Shown here piece after piece: positions 12,357-22,694 of a DNA stretch of 64,000 nt; within the stretch, counting starts at the first letter, position 1; every line of letters begins with the position of its first letter. This DNA comes from Nitrospirota bacterium (lineage in GTDB: Bacteria > Nitrospirota > UBA9217). Made by a program: the position numbers and the translations under genes. Where the stretch lies: positions 421 to 64,420 of the forward strand of contig JAYTJE010000024.1 in NCBI GenBank assembly GCA_043731355.1. The letters are read 5' to 3'. The notes under the pieces were generated by a model. That model was given only the letters and a program-made list of their open reading frames with translations, ran no database searches and was not told the origin of the DNA.

Positions 12357-12626
12357 TTATTCCTTTTCTCCGAACTTGTCCTTAAAGAGCTGTTCGAGCC
12401 CCAGGAGCGCCCGCTCTTCATCGTCACCGTGCGCTTCAACGAGGACGCTGCTTCCTTTTGCGGCGGCAAGCATCATGATGCCCATGATGCTTTTTCCGTC
12501 AACGTCAAGGCCATCCTTGGTCAGCGTTATTTTGGAAGCATAGGCGCTCGCTGATTTTACGATCTGGGCAGCGGCCCGGGCATGGAGCCCAAGCCTGTTC
12601 TCAATCATCAATTCCTTCTTTTTCAT
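12357..12626 (-). CDS. ptsH: Phosphocarrier protein HPr
   Basis: GLHARAA active-site His15 region, 89 aa. Confidence 0.9.
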   Translation of the reverse strand: MKKKELMIENRLGLHARAAAQIVKSASAYASKITLTKDGLDVDGKSIMGIMMLAAAKGSSVLVEAHGDDEERALLGLEQLFKDKFGEKE

Positions 12627-13441
12627 CAGACCACTCCCGCATATGCAAGGGCCAGACAGAACAGAGCCAAACCCAGCATGAGTTTTATTGGAGAACCGCC
12701 TCTCCGCAGAATAAAAACGAGGACCAGGGTGATTATCAGCGCGGCCATTGCCTGGACCGGGCCCGGCAGCGGCAGCGTGGGCGCGAACTCCGGGCGCCAG
12801 CCTGAGATCGTTGCAAGGATCCCTCCCAGGACCGACAGCGAGCTCGCTTTGAACAGCCGGGCGCTCTTCGTAAAACTATACCGTTCCATAAGCGCCATGG
12901 CGTCGCCCCTGCTGTGATAGCCCCAGAACACGATGCTCAGCCTGAGCCCCACGTGCCAGAGGTTATAGAGCGCCAGAAAAAGAAGCGGCGCCCACCAGAC
13001 CCCTGCCATGACCAGCGCCACGGCAATCACCGCGGCCAGCGGCTTCAGCGCGCCCCAGAAAAAACTGTCCCCCAGCGCTCCCAGCGGCGCCATCAATGCG
13101 GCCTTTAAGCCCGCGGCATCGGTCCCCGATGAGGCGCGCCCCGTTGCCCGGTCCTCTTCCAGCCCCACCACCGCGCCAAGAAGGAACGACGCCAGATAGG
13201 GCTGGGTGTTGAAATACTCCATGTGCAGCCGCAGCCGCGCCTCAAACTCGGCGCGGTCAGGGTAGAGCTTCTTCAGGACCGGCAGCAGGGCATAGGAAAA
13301 ACCGAGCGCCTGCATCGCGTCGTAGCTCCATGACGCCTGGAGCAGCAACGAGCGCCAGAATACCCTGAGCAGGTCGCCGGATCCTATGGGGCGCTTATGG
13401 CCGCTGTTCACGGTATCGTACTCCCAGCCAGCCGGTCGCAA
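12626..13441 (-). CDS. PTS mannose/fructose/sorbose family IID component
   Basis: FWRSLLLQASWSYDAMQALGFSYALLP hallmark; TTG/GTG start. Confidence 0.8.
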   Translation of the reverse strand: MRPAGWEYDTVNSGHKRPIGSGDLLRVFWRSLLLQASWSYDAMQALGFSYALLPVLKKLYPDRAEFEARLRLHMEYFNTQPYLASFLLGAVVGLEEDRATGRASSGTDAAGLKAALMAPLGALGDSFFWGALKPLAAVIAVALVMAGVWWAPLLFLALYNLWHVGLRLSIVFWGYHSRGDAMALMERYSFTKSARLFKASSLSVLGGILATISGWRPEFAPTLPLPGPVQAMAALIITLVLVFILRRGGSPIKLMLGLALFCLALAYAGVV

Positions 13442-14198
13442 CGGTCAGCAGCGTGGTCAGTGCGGCATAAGCATGAAACACCAGCGCCGCCAGGCCCGCC
13501 GCGATAAAACCCGTCAGCAAAAAAGGGTCCAGAGCACTGATCGACAAACGGCGCACGATGAGGGCGACGCCAAGCAGAGGGACCAGCTTCAGGAACAGTT
13601 CCATGGCGGCCTGGACCGTGGACGGTGACCGCATAAAGAACGCTGCCGCGACAAGTCCTGTTGGCAGGAGCAACGCATAGAGGACCACCGACTTTAAAAA
13701 GAATGCGCAGAGCCCCGTAAGATGCGCCCGGGACAGGCTGCGCTCCGCGTCGGCGCCGCCTCGCGCGGCGTCAACAAGCCGGGAATTCCAGGTGCGAACA
13801 TAGGTGTCGGCCATCATGGTGAGCGGCACGGTACCCACGCTCAGGAGAATACTGAATCCGAGGACCGATCGGGGCGCCCCGCCCGGGCACGAAAGGGCCG
13901 CGACTGCCGTCGCGGTGACGGCGCTGACCGTTGCGTTTGCCGGCACAAAGCCGCCGACCGGCATATCGAGCACCCAGATGAGCTCAAGCATGGCGCCGAT
14001 GATCAGCCCGGCGGTAGCATCGCCCAGGAGCCATCCGGCAAGCGGCGCGGCGACAATAGGCTGCGAGATCATGAACTGTCCCGCCGCGGTCCGGTCAAGG
14101 CCGACGAGGCCGCCCACAAGGGCAACACCGATTATGGCAAGCAGCAGATGAAGATCGATCATCGCCATCCTTCCTCTAAAAACCAATGCAACGCGCAC
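13395..14198 (-). CDS. PTS mannose/fructose/sorbose family IIC component
   Basis: Polytopic membrane protein of the IIC-Man family. Confidence 0.8.
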   Translation of the reverse strand: MRVALVFRGRMAMIDLHLLLAIIGVALVGGLVGLDRTAAGQFMISQPIVAAPLAGWLLGDATAGLIIGAMLELIWVLDMPVGGFVPANATVSAVTATAVAALSCPGGAPRSVLGFSILLSVGTVPLTMMADTYVRTWNSRLVDAARGGADAERSLSRAHLTGLCAFFLKSVVLYALLLPTGLVAAAFFMRSPSTVQAAMELFLKLVPLLGVALIVRRLSISALDPFLLTGFIAAGLAALVFHAYAALTTLLTVATGWLGVRYREQRP

Positions 14199-14215
14199 GT
14201 TGCATGCTCAAATCT

Positions 14216-14701
14216 TCAATTCAAGCCGCAGGACTCGAACACCTTACTGAGCTGCTGCGGTTTCTCGTTCGGCACGGACTGGATGCAGATCGTGACTCCC
14301 CGGGCCAGGATCTCCCGCAGAGACCCGATATCGGCATCGTCCACGGAAAGGACCTCCCTGAGCTTGCGTTTCCCGGGAACAACGTGCATCCCTCCCAGAT
14401 TGATCGTCCGGCACTGAAGGCCGGACTTGAGCGCCCGCAGAGCATCGGTCGGATTGGAGAACAGCAGGATCGCCCGCTCGTTCTCCCCCACCGTCCGCGC
14501 CTGTACACAGATGTCCATGACTCCGCCGATCGTGACCACGAGCCCCTGTGGCGCGGAGAGCTCCATGATGGACCGCTGAAGCGCATTGACGGCAACCCGG
14601 TCGTCGGCAACGAGGATCCGGGTGGCCTTCAGGTACTGGACCCAGCCCTCCACGACCTGCCCATGGATCAGACGGTCGTCTATGCGGACGAAAAGCGCCA
14701 T
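14216..14701 (-). CDS. PTS mannose-family IIB component
   Basis: N-terminal RIDDRLIHGQV phosphohistidine motif. Confidence 0.85.
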   Translation of the reverse strand: MALFVRIDDRLIHGQVVEGWVQYLKATRILVADDRVAVNALQRSIMELSAPQGLVVTIGGVMDICVQARTVGENERAILLFSNPTDALRALKSGLQCRTINLGGMHVVPGKRKLREVLSVDDADIGSLREILARGVTICIQSVPNEKPQQLSKVFESCGLN

Positions 14702-14707
14702 GAGCTG

Positions 14708-15109
14708 CTATTTCTTTCCCTTCAGCATCTGGCTCGCGATCACCACGCTTTTCTGCGCCGCCTCCTGAACGAGTTTGGCCAGTTCGGCCAGCGGTTTTTC
14801 TTCGCGGTGATTGGCGAACTTGATCATCATCGAGAGATTGACGCCGGTAACCACTTCCACGGTGTCGCCGAGAAAGGCCAGCGCGATATTGGAAGGGGTG
14901 CCGCCGAACATGTCGGTAAAGAGCATAACGCCTTTTTTCCCGTCAACCTTCCTGATCGCGGTTTCGATCTCCGTGCGGAGACTTTCGGGCGCGCTGTCCT
15001 GCTTCACGCTGACCGTTGCCACCGCCGCGATCTTTCCCACGATCATTTCAGCGGCCTTCACCAGCTCAACGCCCATGTCCTCATGACAAACCACCACCAG
15101 TCCAACCAT
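14708..15109 (-). CDS. PTS mannose-family IIA component
   Basis: GLVVVCHEDMG His-containing EIIA-Man N-terminus; start set at MVGLVVV. Confidence 0.75.
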   Translation of the reverse strand: MVGLVVVCHEDMGVELVKAAEMIVGKIAAVATVSVKQDSAPESLRTEIETAIRKVDGKKGVMLFTDMFGGTPSNIALAFLGDTVEVVTGVNLSMMIKFANHREEKPLAELAKLVQEAAQKSVVIASQMLKGKK

Positions 15110-15163
15110 GTCCACCCCTCCTTGCAATCGCGGTGTTGCACAACGGCCACCGGGATCGAACAA

Positions 15164-16027
15164 CTACGCGCCGATGTCGCGATGTTTCACGGTAACCTCG
15201 TATCCCTGCAGCCGGAGCTGTTCGGCAACCAGCAGCGAGAGGGCCACGGAACGGTGCCTGCCGCCGGTACAGCCGAACCCGATGGTAAGATAGCTTTTCC
15301 CTTCGCTTTTGTACCGCGGCAGAAGATACGTGAGGAACCCCAGGAGCCGGGTCAGGAACTCTCCGGAATCCGGCTTTGCCATGACATAGTCCCGCACCCT
15401 CGCGTCTTCGCCGGTATGCGGCCGCAGTTCGGGAACAAAATGGGGATTGGGAAGAAAGCGCAGGTCGAACATCAGGTCCAGATCAAAGGGAACTCCGAAT
15501 TTGTATCCGAAGGTGACGATCGTGATCACCATGGGCCGGCCGGCCGCGCCCCCGGCATACTTCCGTTCGACGGCCTGCCGCAGGTCGTGGACCGTATAGT
15601 CCGAGGTGTCGATGACCCGGTCAGCCAGTTTTTTGACCTCGTTCAGTTCCGACCGCTCTGCCCTGATGGCGTCAATGAGCGGCGTAGCGCCCCGGGCGAG
15701 GGGGTGGGGCCGCCGCGTTTCGCTGAAGCGCCGGACCAGGGTCTGGTCCGAGGCGTCAAGAAACAGCATTTCAACGGCGCGGCCGCCCGCGCGCAGCTCC
15801 CCGAACAACGCGGGAAACCTGCGGGGGAAATCTTTTTCCCTGATATCAATGCCGATGGCGGCCAGATAGGCAGCCTCCGTGCCCTGGGAAAAATCGACAA
15901 AGGCTTTCAGCAGGGACAGGGGAAGATTATCGACACAGTAATACCCCATGTCCTCGAACGCCTTTAATGCGGCGCTTCGCCCTGACCCGGAGAGTCCCGT
16001 CACCACGACCATGCGCATCCGCGTCAT
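15164..16027 (-). CDS. rapZ: RNase adapter protein RapZ (YhbJ, P-loop NTPase)
   Basis: Walker A GLSGSGRS; ATGA overlap with hprK stop; start set at MTRMRMVVV. Confidence 0.85.
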   Translation of the reverse strand: MTRMRMVVVTGLSGSGRSAALKAFEDMGYYCVDNLPLSLLKAFVDFSQGTEAAYLAAIGIDIREKDFPRRFPALFGELRAGGRAVEMLFLDASDQTLVRRFSETRRPHPLARGATPLIDAIRAERSELNEVKKLADRVIDTSDYTVHDLRQAVERKYAGGAAGRPMVITIVTFGYKFGVPFDLDLMFDLRFLPNPHFVPELRPHTGEDARVRDYVMAKPDSGEFLTRLLGFLTYLLPRYKSEGKSYLTIGFGCTGGRHRSVALSLLVAEQLRLQGYEVTVKHRDIGA

Positions 16028-16908
16028 CCCGCCAGCCTCTTTTTCAATGCCCTGCCGAGCTCCCGCGCCGTGAATACTCCGCGGTTTTTCAGCATCTGGT
16101 TCCGTGCCGCCACCTCTATGAGCGTCGCCATATTCCTGCCCGGTTTGACCGGCAGCTTCAGATAGGGCACATTCAAACCCAGGATCCGGTAGCGGCGTTC
16201 GCGCAGGCCGACCAGGCTGTACTGATGCCCCGGTTTCCACTCCTCCAGCTCCACCACCAGCCCGACCCGGCAGGAGGGCACGGTGGCCGATTCGCCGTAG
16301 AGCGCCCGGACATTGATGATGCCCAGGCCCCTGATCTGCAGCAACTCCATGCCCATTTCCGGCGCCCTGCCCTCGAGGATGTCGTCGACCCGCTCAAGAA
16401 GCACCAGGTCATCAGCCGCCAGCTTATGCCCGCGAAGAACAAGATCGAGGGCCGCTTCGCTCTTGCCGATGGCGCTTTCACCGATGAGCAGCGTACCGAG
16501 ACCGAAGATCTGGACCAGTACGCCGTGCAGGCTCACGCGCTGCATCAGTTTACGGGAAAGCAGGCCGGCCAGTTTCCGCAGGTCCCTGCTCATAAATACC
16601 GGGATCCCGGCATGCTCCGCGCCTGCCAGCAACTCCGGGCAGGGTGCGCCTCCGGTCAGCACGATGCCGGCCGGTTTCCGCCGCATCAGGGTCCGGACAA
16701 CACGCGTCCGTTCGGGCTTCGGCAATGAGCAGAGAAAAGCGGACTGACTCGGAGGAAGGTGAATGAGGCCCGACGCTATCCCCTTCACGTTCTCGAGAGA
16801 AGAGAGTTCAAGGCTAAGAATCCGCGCAGTCGTTATTTCCCGGTCGCACCCGCTGCCGCCGGCGAGCATCTTTGACCGTCCCACCAGGTTTTTAATGGTG
16901 ATCGTCAT
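16024..16908 (-). CDS. hprK: HPr kinase/phosphorylase
   Basis: P-loop GESAIGKSE and HprK C-terminal domain. Confidence 0.9.
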   Translation of the reverse strand: MTITIKNLVGRSKMLAGGSGCDREITTARILSLELSSLENVKGIASGLIHLPPSQSAFLCSLPKPERTRVVRTLMRRKPAGIVLTGGAPCPELLAGAEHAGIPVFMSRDLRKLAGLLSRKLMQRVSLHGVLVQIFGLGTLLIGESAIGKSEAALDLVLRGHKLAADDLVLLERVDDILEGRAPEMGMELLQIRGLGIINVRALYGESATVPSCRVGLVVELEEWKPGHQYSLVGLRERRYRILGLNVPYLKLPVKPGRNMATLIEVAARNQMLKNRGVFTARELGRALKKRLAG

Positions 16909-17378
16909 TTCCGCGGGTACTTGCTGTCCTCCTCGAGGATCATGCGCTGCAACTCCCGGCCATCGGGCACCGTGCGCAGCTGCTCACGCAAGGCCGGATT
17001 TTTGAGGATACGCGATATGCGGGCCAGCATTTTCAGGTGTTCTCCGGGGCTGTCCTCCGGCGTGACTAACAGAAAAAAAAGGTGCGCCGGCTTGTCATCC
17101 AGCGACTGATAGTCAACACCCTGAAGCGACCGCCCGAACGCAACGACCACCTCGCCCAGAGCGTGCAGTTTTCCATGCGGAATGGCCACGCCTTCGCCAA
17201 TTCCCGTGCTGCCCATCGCTTCGCGCTCCATGATCACGCGCAGCAGCTCATCGGCATCGCGGACCTTGCCAACAGCGTACACCTGCGCCGCCAATTCCCT
17301 GATCACCCCGACTTTGTCAACAGCCTGGAGGTCCGGGAGAATCAGGTCTCCCCGCAGGAGATCCGTCAGGGTGGGCAT
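16905..17378 (-). CDS. ptsN: PTS IIA-Ntr nitrogen regulatory protein
   Basis: EIIA-Fru/Ntr fold with GEGVAIPHGK active-site His. Confidence 0.85.
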   Translation of the reverse strand: MPTLTDLLRGDLILPDLQAVDKVGVIRELAAQVYAVGKVRDADELLRVIMEREAMGSTGIGEGVAIPHGKLHALGEVVVAFGRSLQGVDYQSLDDKPAHLFFLLVTPEDSPGEHLKMLARISRILKNPALREQLRTVPDGRELQRMILEEDSKYPRK

Positions 17379-17388
17379 CGTTTCCCTC

Positions 17389-17916
17389 TTAGTGGGCAGG
17401 TTCGATAAGCCCCACGTTGCCGTCCTTGCGGCGATAGATTACGGTAATATCTCCGCTTGTCGCGTTGGAGAACACATAGAACTCCTTGTCGAGCAGTTCC
17501 ATCTGCATCACCGCTTCTTCAGCGTGCATCGGTTTCAGGTCGAACCGTTTTGTTTTGATGATCTGGGGGATCCGGTCGTCGGGATGCGTGGACGCCATCG
17601 GTTCAGGCTCCGTCCGGTTGTGCTGCTTATGGTCGACCAGTCTTTCCTTGTATTTTCGTATCCGTTTCTCGATCTTTTCGACAAGCAGATCGATCGAGGA
17701 ATACATTTCCTCGGTTTCCTCATGGGCCTGTACCAGCAAGCCGTCGGTCTTGAGCATTGCTTCGGCGATGTGATGCACTTTTTTTACGACCGACAGCGTG
17801 ACCGTGACCTGAATGTTCTTCGGCAAATACTTCTCGAGCTTGCCGAATTTTTCGATTGCATACTGTTTGAGCGCATCCGTAACGTCCAGGTGTCTTCCAA
17901 TAACCGTAATCTGCAT
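17389..17916 (-). CDS. hpf: Ribosome hibernation promoting factor (long form)
   Basis: S30AE N-domain plus C-terminal dimerisation domain, 175 aa. Confidence 0.85.
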   Translation of the reverse strand: MQITVIGRHLDVTDALKQYAIEKFGKLEKYLPKNIQVTVTLSVVKKVHHIAEAMLKTDGLLVQAHEETEEMYSSIDLLVEKIEKRIRKYKERLVDHKQHNRTEPEPMASTHPDDRIPQIIKTKRFDLKPMHAEEAVMQMELLDKEFYVFSNATSGDITVIYRRKDGNVGLIEPAH

Positions 17917-17970
17917 AATGCTCCTCCTCGAAAAGGTGTGTGATCACACCGGTAGTATCTGGTTTTACCG

Positions 17971-19434
17971 TCAGTTGAGCCGCTTCCGTACGCTGGTGGG
18001 CGGTATCCGGAGCTCTTCACGATATTTCGCGACCGTTCGGCGCGCAATATCAATGCCGCGGGCTTTCAGGACGTCGACGATCTGCTGGTCCTTCAGCGGC
18101 GCCGCCGCGTCCTCCTCCTTGACCATCCGCTGGATGACATCCTTGACCGTCAGCGATGAGACCTCCGAACCGGCGCCGTCGGCGAAGCCGGTGGTGAAGA
18201 AGAATTTCATGGGAAAGATGCCCTGCGGCGTATGCATGTGTTTGCTCGTCGTAACCCGGCTGATCGTGGATTCATGCATGGAAATATCTTCCGCCACGTC
18301 CTTGAGCACCATGGGCTTCAACTGCGAGATCCCCTGGTCGAGGAACTCCCCCTGGAACTTCACGATGCTTTCGGCGACCTTGTAGATGGTCTTGTTCCGC
18401 TGCTCCATTCCCTTGATGAGCCACTGGGCCGACCGCATCCGGTCCTCGATATAGTCCTTGGTCGCTTTATCGACGCTGTCCTTGCGGCTCAAAAGCTTCC
18501 GGTAGTACGGATTGATCCTGACCCGCGGCAGCCCTTCATCGTTCAACTGGATAACATAGTGGTCCTCGACCTTGAACACATAGACATCGGGAACAACGTA
18601 ATGAGTATCGGCCACGATATAGGGCCGCCCCGGTTTCGGCTCCAGCTCGTGAATGATGATCTGGGCGGCATCCATGACCTCCTGGGTCGTGACGCTCAGC
18701 ACCTTCGCAATATTCTGATAGCGCCGCTTCTCAAGGTCTTCCAGGTGCCCCTGAACGATCTTTTCGACAAGCGTCCCCTGCAGGTCGAGTTGACCAACCT
18801 GGATCAACAGGCATTCCTGGAGCGTACGGGCCGCGATTCCCAGCGGATCGAAACTTTGGATGAGTTCCAGGGCATGCGTCATGTCGAACAGCGAGACCCC
18901 GGACTGCTGGGCCAGTTCTTCGAGCGGGGAGCGGAGATAACCGTCGTCGTCGAGATTGCCGATGATCCACTCACCACCCTTGAGCTGCCCCGGCTCTGAC
19001 GTCGAGAGCCGAAGCTGCCACATCAGGTGGTCACTGAGGGACGGGAGGCGGGTGAGCGTCTGGTCATAGGACGGCAGTTCCTTGTCATCGGCCTCGGCAT
19101 TGCCGTAGTCGCGGCCGTCGCTCATTTCATTCAGATACTCGTCCCACTGAGGGCCAAGTTCGAGCTCGCTCTTCAGTTCGCCCGTCACTTCAGGCTCGGG
19201 TGCGCTCTCCGGCGGCTTTTCCTGCGTACCCTCCGGTACAGCGTCGCCCTCGGCCTCGCTCCCCTCGTCGGCGGCCTCCGGCGGCAGCTCCTCGAGGACC
19301 GGATTCTCCAGGAGTTCCTGGGACACTGATTGCTGCAACTCAAGCCGGGACAACTGCAACAGCTTGATGGCCTGCTGCAGCTGCGGCGTCATGATGAGCT
19401 TTTGTGAAAGTTTTAGTTCAAGCCGTGCTTCCAT
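17971..19434 (-). CDS. rpoN: RNA polymerase sigma-54 factor
   Basis: Gln/acidic N-terminal region, C-terminal RpoN box ARRTVAKYRE. Confidence 0.95.
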   Translation of the reverse strand: MEARLELKLSQKLIMTPQLQQAIKLLQLSRLELQQSVSQELLENPVLEELPPEAADEGSEAEGDAVPEGTQEKPPESAPEPEVTGELKSELELGPQWDEYLNEMSDGRDYGNAEADDKELPSYDQTLTRLPSLSDHLMWQLRLSTSEPGQLKGGEWIIGNLDDDGYLRSPLEELAQQSGVSLFDMTHALELIQSFDPLGIAARTLQECLLIQVGQLDLQGTLVEKIVQGHLEDLEKRRYQNIAKVLSVTTQEVMDAAQIIIHELEPKPGRPYIVADTHYVVPDVYVFKVEDHYVIQLNDEGLPRVRINPYYRKLLSRKDSVDKATKDYIEDRMRSAQWLIKGMEQRNKTIYKVAESIVKFQGEFLDQGISQLKPMVLKDVAEDISMHESTISRVTTSKHMHTPQGIFPMKFFFTTGFADGAGSEVSSLTVKDVIQRMVKEEDAAAPLKDQQIVDVLKARGIDIARRTVAKYREELRIPPTSVRKRLN

Positions 19435-19482
19435 AGTTCAGATGCGGACGCCGCACACTCCCCCCTTTCAGCGTACCAGCTC

Positions 19483-20205
19483 CTACAGTTTGAACGTTTC
19501 ACCCAGGTAAAACTGGCGCACCCGCGGGCTTGCCATGATCTCCTCCGAGGTCCCCGCTTCAATGATCGTTCCTTCGCTGATGATATAAGCCCGATCGGTA
19601 ATGGCAAGCGTTTCACGGACATTATGATCAGTGATCAGAATGCCGATCCCTTTGCTTTTCAACAGCGAGATAATACCCTGAATATCCTGGACCGCCAGCG
19701 GATCGATGCCGGCAAAGGGCTCATCCAGGAGAATGAACTTCGGGTCAAGGGTGAGCGCCCGGGCTATTTCCACCCGCCGCCGCTCTCCTCCCGAGAGCGT
19801 GTAGGCCTTGCTTCCGGCCAGATGCGTAACACCCAGTTCATGCATCAGGCGGTCCCGGCGTTCATTCCGTTCCACCGCGGAAAGGTCCAGCGTCTCCAGT
19901 ACGGCGGTAAGGTTCTCGGCCACCGTCAGCTTCCTGAACACCGAGGGCTCCTGGGGCAGGTAGCCGATGCCCTTCCGCGCGCGCTGGTACATCGGCATCC
20001 TGGTAATGTCGGCCCCGTCCAGAATGACGCTGCCCTGGTCAGGCCTTACCAGGCCCACGACCATGTAAAAGGTCGTGGTTTTCCCCGCTCCATTCGGCCC
20101 GAGCAGACCGACAACCTCGCCGTATTGCACCTGAAGACTGACGCCCCTGACGATCTTCCGGCCCCGGTAGTCCTTCTCCAGTTTTTTTGCCTCAAGTGCC
20201 TGCAT
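19483..20205 (-). CDS. lptB: LPS export ABC transporter ATP-binding protein
   Basis: Walker [10 protein letters not shown] and ABC signature LSGGERRRV, 240 aa. Confidence 0.9.
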   Translation of the reverse strand: MQALEAKKLEKDYRGRKIVRGVSLQVQYGEVVGLLGPNGAGKTTTFYMVVGLVRPDQGSVILDGADITRMPMYQRARKGIGYLPQEPSVFRKLTVAENLTAVLETLDLSAVERNERRDRLMHELGVTHLAGSKAYTLSGGERRRVEIARALTLDPKFILLDEPFAGIDPLAVQDIQGIISLLKSKGIGILITDHNVRETLAITDRAYIISEGTIIEAGTSEEIMASPRVRQFYLGETFKL

Positions 20206-20220
20206 GATCAGATAAGCGGG

Positions 20221-20718
20221 CTATTGGCCCCGCCTTTTCTCCGTTTTTTTATCCTGGTAGAACAGAACGTTGCCGCCTTCTACAATGCTGCGGTCATCGC
20301 GCATGAACAAGGTTATCCGCTCCCCCCCCAGTTGGCTGTCATTTTCAATGATGCGCGCATCGCCGGTCAGCACGATCTTTTCCTCTTTGCTGTAGTACAG
20401 CGCCCGGTTGGCGAGCGCGATACGCCCTTCCTTGCGCACCACGACGTTGCCCAGCGCCTCGATCTCCCTGATGGCCCGGGTCCCGGCATCATAAAAAACA
20501 GTTATCGTGTCCGAGTTGAGCGTCATGGCCTCTTTTTTGAGGACCACCTCTCCGGAAAAAGTGACGCGCTCTCCCAGCTTATCCGCGTTCATGCTGGTCG
20601 AGGTGACCACGATCGGTTCCCGCTTGAGCTCCAGCTTGCGCGCCTCGTCAGGAGCCGCCGCCATCAGCATCAGCGCGGCAACGACAAGAAGACTACTCCT
20701 GAAGCACTGCTTTAACAT
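20221..20718 (-). CDS. lptA: LPS transport periplasmic protein LptA (OstA-like)
   Basis: Signal peptide plus OstA-like beta-jellyroll, 165 aa; synteny lptC-lptA-lptB-rpoN. Confidence 0.75.
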   Translation of the reverse strand: MLKQCFRSSLLVVAALMLMAAAPDEARKLELKREPIVVTSTSMNADKLGERVTFSGEVVLKKEAMTLNSDTITVFYDAGTRAIREIEALGNVVVRKEGRIALANRALYYSKEEKIVLTGDARIIENDSQLGGERITLFMRDDRSIVEGGNVLFYQDKKTEKRRGQ

Positions 20719-21265
20719 GCTTGTCCACCTCGATCGTAAGCATATCAGCGTTTCCCGAGAGCCCCTGTCCTTCGAGATAGAGCTCTCTGCCGAGCAATTT
20801 AAAAGGGTCCTTTGTCCGCACGATGCGCTCGCCCGCCTGCCAGAAGAGCGAATCGGTGGTCAGGAGGTAGCCCGTGCTGGTTATGAGCCTCACCTCTTTG
20901 GTCCCGCGGCGGATGGAAGCATCTCCCGTGTCCGTGTCGAGCGTTGCAACTTCGCCCAGGAGCCGCGCTTCGCCTTTGTCAGGTTCGACAAACGTGATCT
21001 CCACATTTTTTAAATGCGCTTCCTTGCTATCGTAGAGCTCGGCGCTGTCGGCGATCATGCGCCACGATGCCCTGCCGTCCTCCGTTTCCACAAACCTGAA
21101 GCCTTCCATGCTCATAAGCAGGCGCGCGCCGGATGCAGGCTGGAACAGCGTGGGCATGGCAAGGTCGGTGACCCGAAGCAGCGCGTAGGCTCCGTACAAA
21201 GACGCAATAAGGACGAGAAAGACCCCGAGCGCTATAATAATACCCTTGTCTACGTTTACATTCAT
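20693..21265 (-). CDS. lptC: LPS export protein LptC
   Basis: Single N-terminal TM anchor plus periplasmic domain; synteny. Confidence 0.7.
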   Translation of the reverse strand: MNVNVDKGIIIALGVFLVLIASLYGAYALLRVTDLAMPTLFQPASGARLLMSMEGFRFVETEDGRASWRMIADSAELYDSKEAHLKNVEITFVEPDKGEARLLGEVATLDTDTGDASIRRGTKEVRLITSTGYLLTTDSLFWQAGERIVRTKDPFKLLGRELYLEGQGLSGNADMLTIEVDKHVKAVLQE

Positions 21266-21387
21266 GATGGTTAAAAGGCATATGGCGGCCTTTCCAGCCG
21301 CCATATGCATAATTAATACCATAGGATGTCTTTGAAGTAAAGGCTAAAAATTACCGGCAGGAAGACCAATGCGCCGCAGTGTGCGTA

Positions 21388-22650
21388 TCAATCCTTGATT
21401 CGTGATCTGAGGGCCGTCAATTCCCTGTCCTGCTCCTCGACCTGCTTCTCGAGACGGGCAGCGGACGACCTGTCGCGCAGTACTGCCTGGACAAAGCGTT
21501 TTCCCATCAGGGTAAGTTCCACGACGCTCACTTCGACGGGGACAAGCGTTCCCCCGGTCTTTTTGAGCTCCCCTTGCAGGACCTTCTGACGCTGCGGTGC
21601 GACCTCGGCAAGTATCTGCCGCGCGGCGCCCGGCAGCACAAGGAGTTCGAACAGGTTTTTGTGAACAAGGTCATACTTCACCAGGCCGGTCAATTGCGCG
21701 GCCTGTTCGTTGGCAAAGAGGACATCGCCGTTCTCGGCAAGCACAAATATGGACTCGGAAGCATGCTCCACCAGGGTCCGGTAGCGCTCTTCAGACGAAC
21801 GGAGCTCTTCGCTCTTTTCCGCGACCCACTGTTCCAGTTCCCCATTCATTTTGCGAAGTTCCGTCTGCAGGTCCTCATTCTGGACCGTCGTCGAAAGGAT
21901 GCCCGCGAGGGTGGTGAAAAAGTTGATTTCTTCATCGTTGAAGTTCTTTGCCTTGCGGTACAGCACCTCGATCGCCCCGACCAGGGCGCCGTTCGAATAG
22001 ACGTAGAGCGGCAAACAGTACACCGACGTATATTCTGACAGCGTCAGTTCGGGGAGCTCCCGGAAACGCTGGTCTTTGGAAAAATCCTTCAGCATGACCG
22101 GCTCGAGCCGTCTGCCGACCCACCCTTCAAGCCCCTGGCCGAGCGGGATGCGGGTTTTTCCGGCCGCTTCGCTGCGATAGCCATTCGTTGCGGCCAACAC
22201 AAGTTCATCCGGTTTCTTCTCATACAGAAAAACCAGACAGACATCCGCATCCATGGCCCGGGCCGTAATATCGGCCACATCCTTCAGTCGGTCCGGGAAC
22301 AGGCGCGGCGAGTTGGCTGTATAATTTACGTCATAGATGCCAAGAAATTTAATAAACAGGTCGTCCTTCATATCGAGCAGTTCTTCCTGTTTAAGGTGCA
22401 GTTCGAGATTGGCGTCTTCGAGGCGCCGGAAGTAGGGAACGATGGTTCTCCGGTAAAACCCGTAGGCCAGGAGCACAATGAGCGGTATGCAGAACAGCGC
22501 AAGAAGCATCAGCCCCTGTTCACCGTGTGCGGAAAGCGTACCGGCGGCCACCCCCGCGCCGGCGGCGGCCAGCGCCACCATAATAAGAACGATAACGACC
22601 CCCTTCCGGTTGACGTCCATCGTGCCCTGTTCAAGATCGGTTTGCGGCAT
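21388..22650 (-). CDS. Membrane-anchored GAF-PAS sensor protein without a recognisable output domain
   Basis: Two TM helices, a GAF-like region, a PAS-like region (LVEHASESIFVL), and a C-terminal coiled coil. Confidence 0.6.
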   Translation of the reverse strand: MPQTDLEQGTMDVNRKGVVIVLIMVALAAAGAGVAAGTLSAHGEQGLMLLALFCIPLIVLLAYGFYRRTIVPYFRRLEDANLELHLKQEELLDMKDDLFIKFLGIYDVNYTANSPRLFPDRLKDVADITARAMDADVCLVFLYEKKPDELVLAATNGYRSEAAGKTRIPLGQGLEGWVGRRLEPVMLKDFSKDQRFRELPELTLSEYTSVYCLPLYVYSNGALVGAIEVLYRKAKNFNDEEINFFTTLAGILSTTVQNEDLQTELRKMNGELEQWVAEKSEELRSSEERYRTLVEHASESIFVLAENGDVLFANEQAAQLTGLVKYDLVHKNLFELLVLPGAARQILAEVAPQRQKVLQGELKKTGGTLVPVEVSVVELTLMGKRFVQAVLRDRSSAARLEKQVEEQDRELTALRSRIKD

Positions 22651-22694
22651 GGTTCGTTCCTCCTGTGTGCTGACTGCGTTATGTTCCCGACTGA

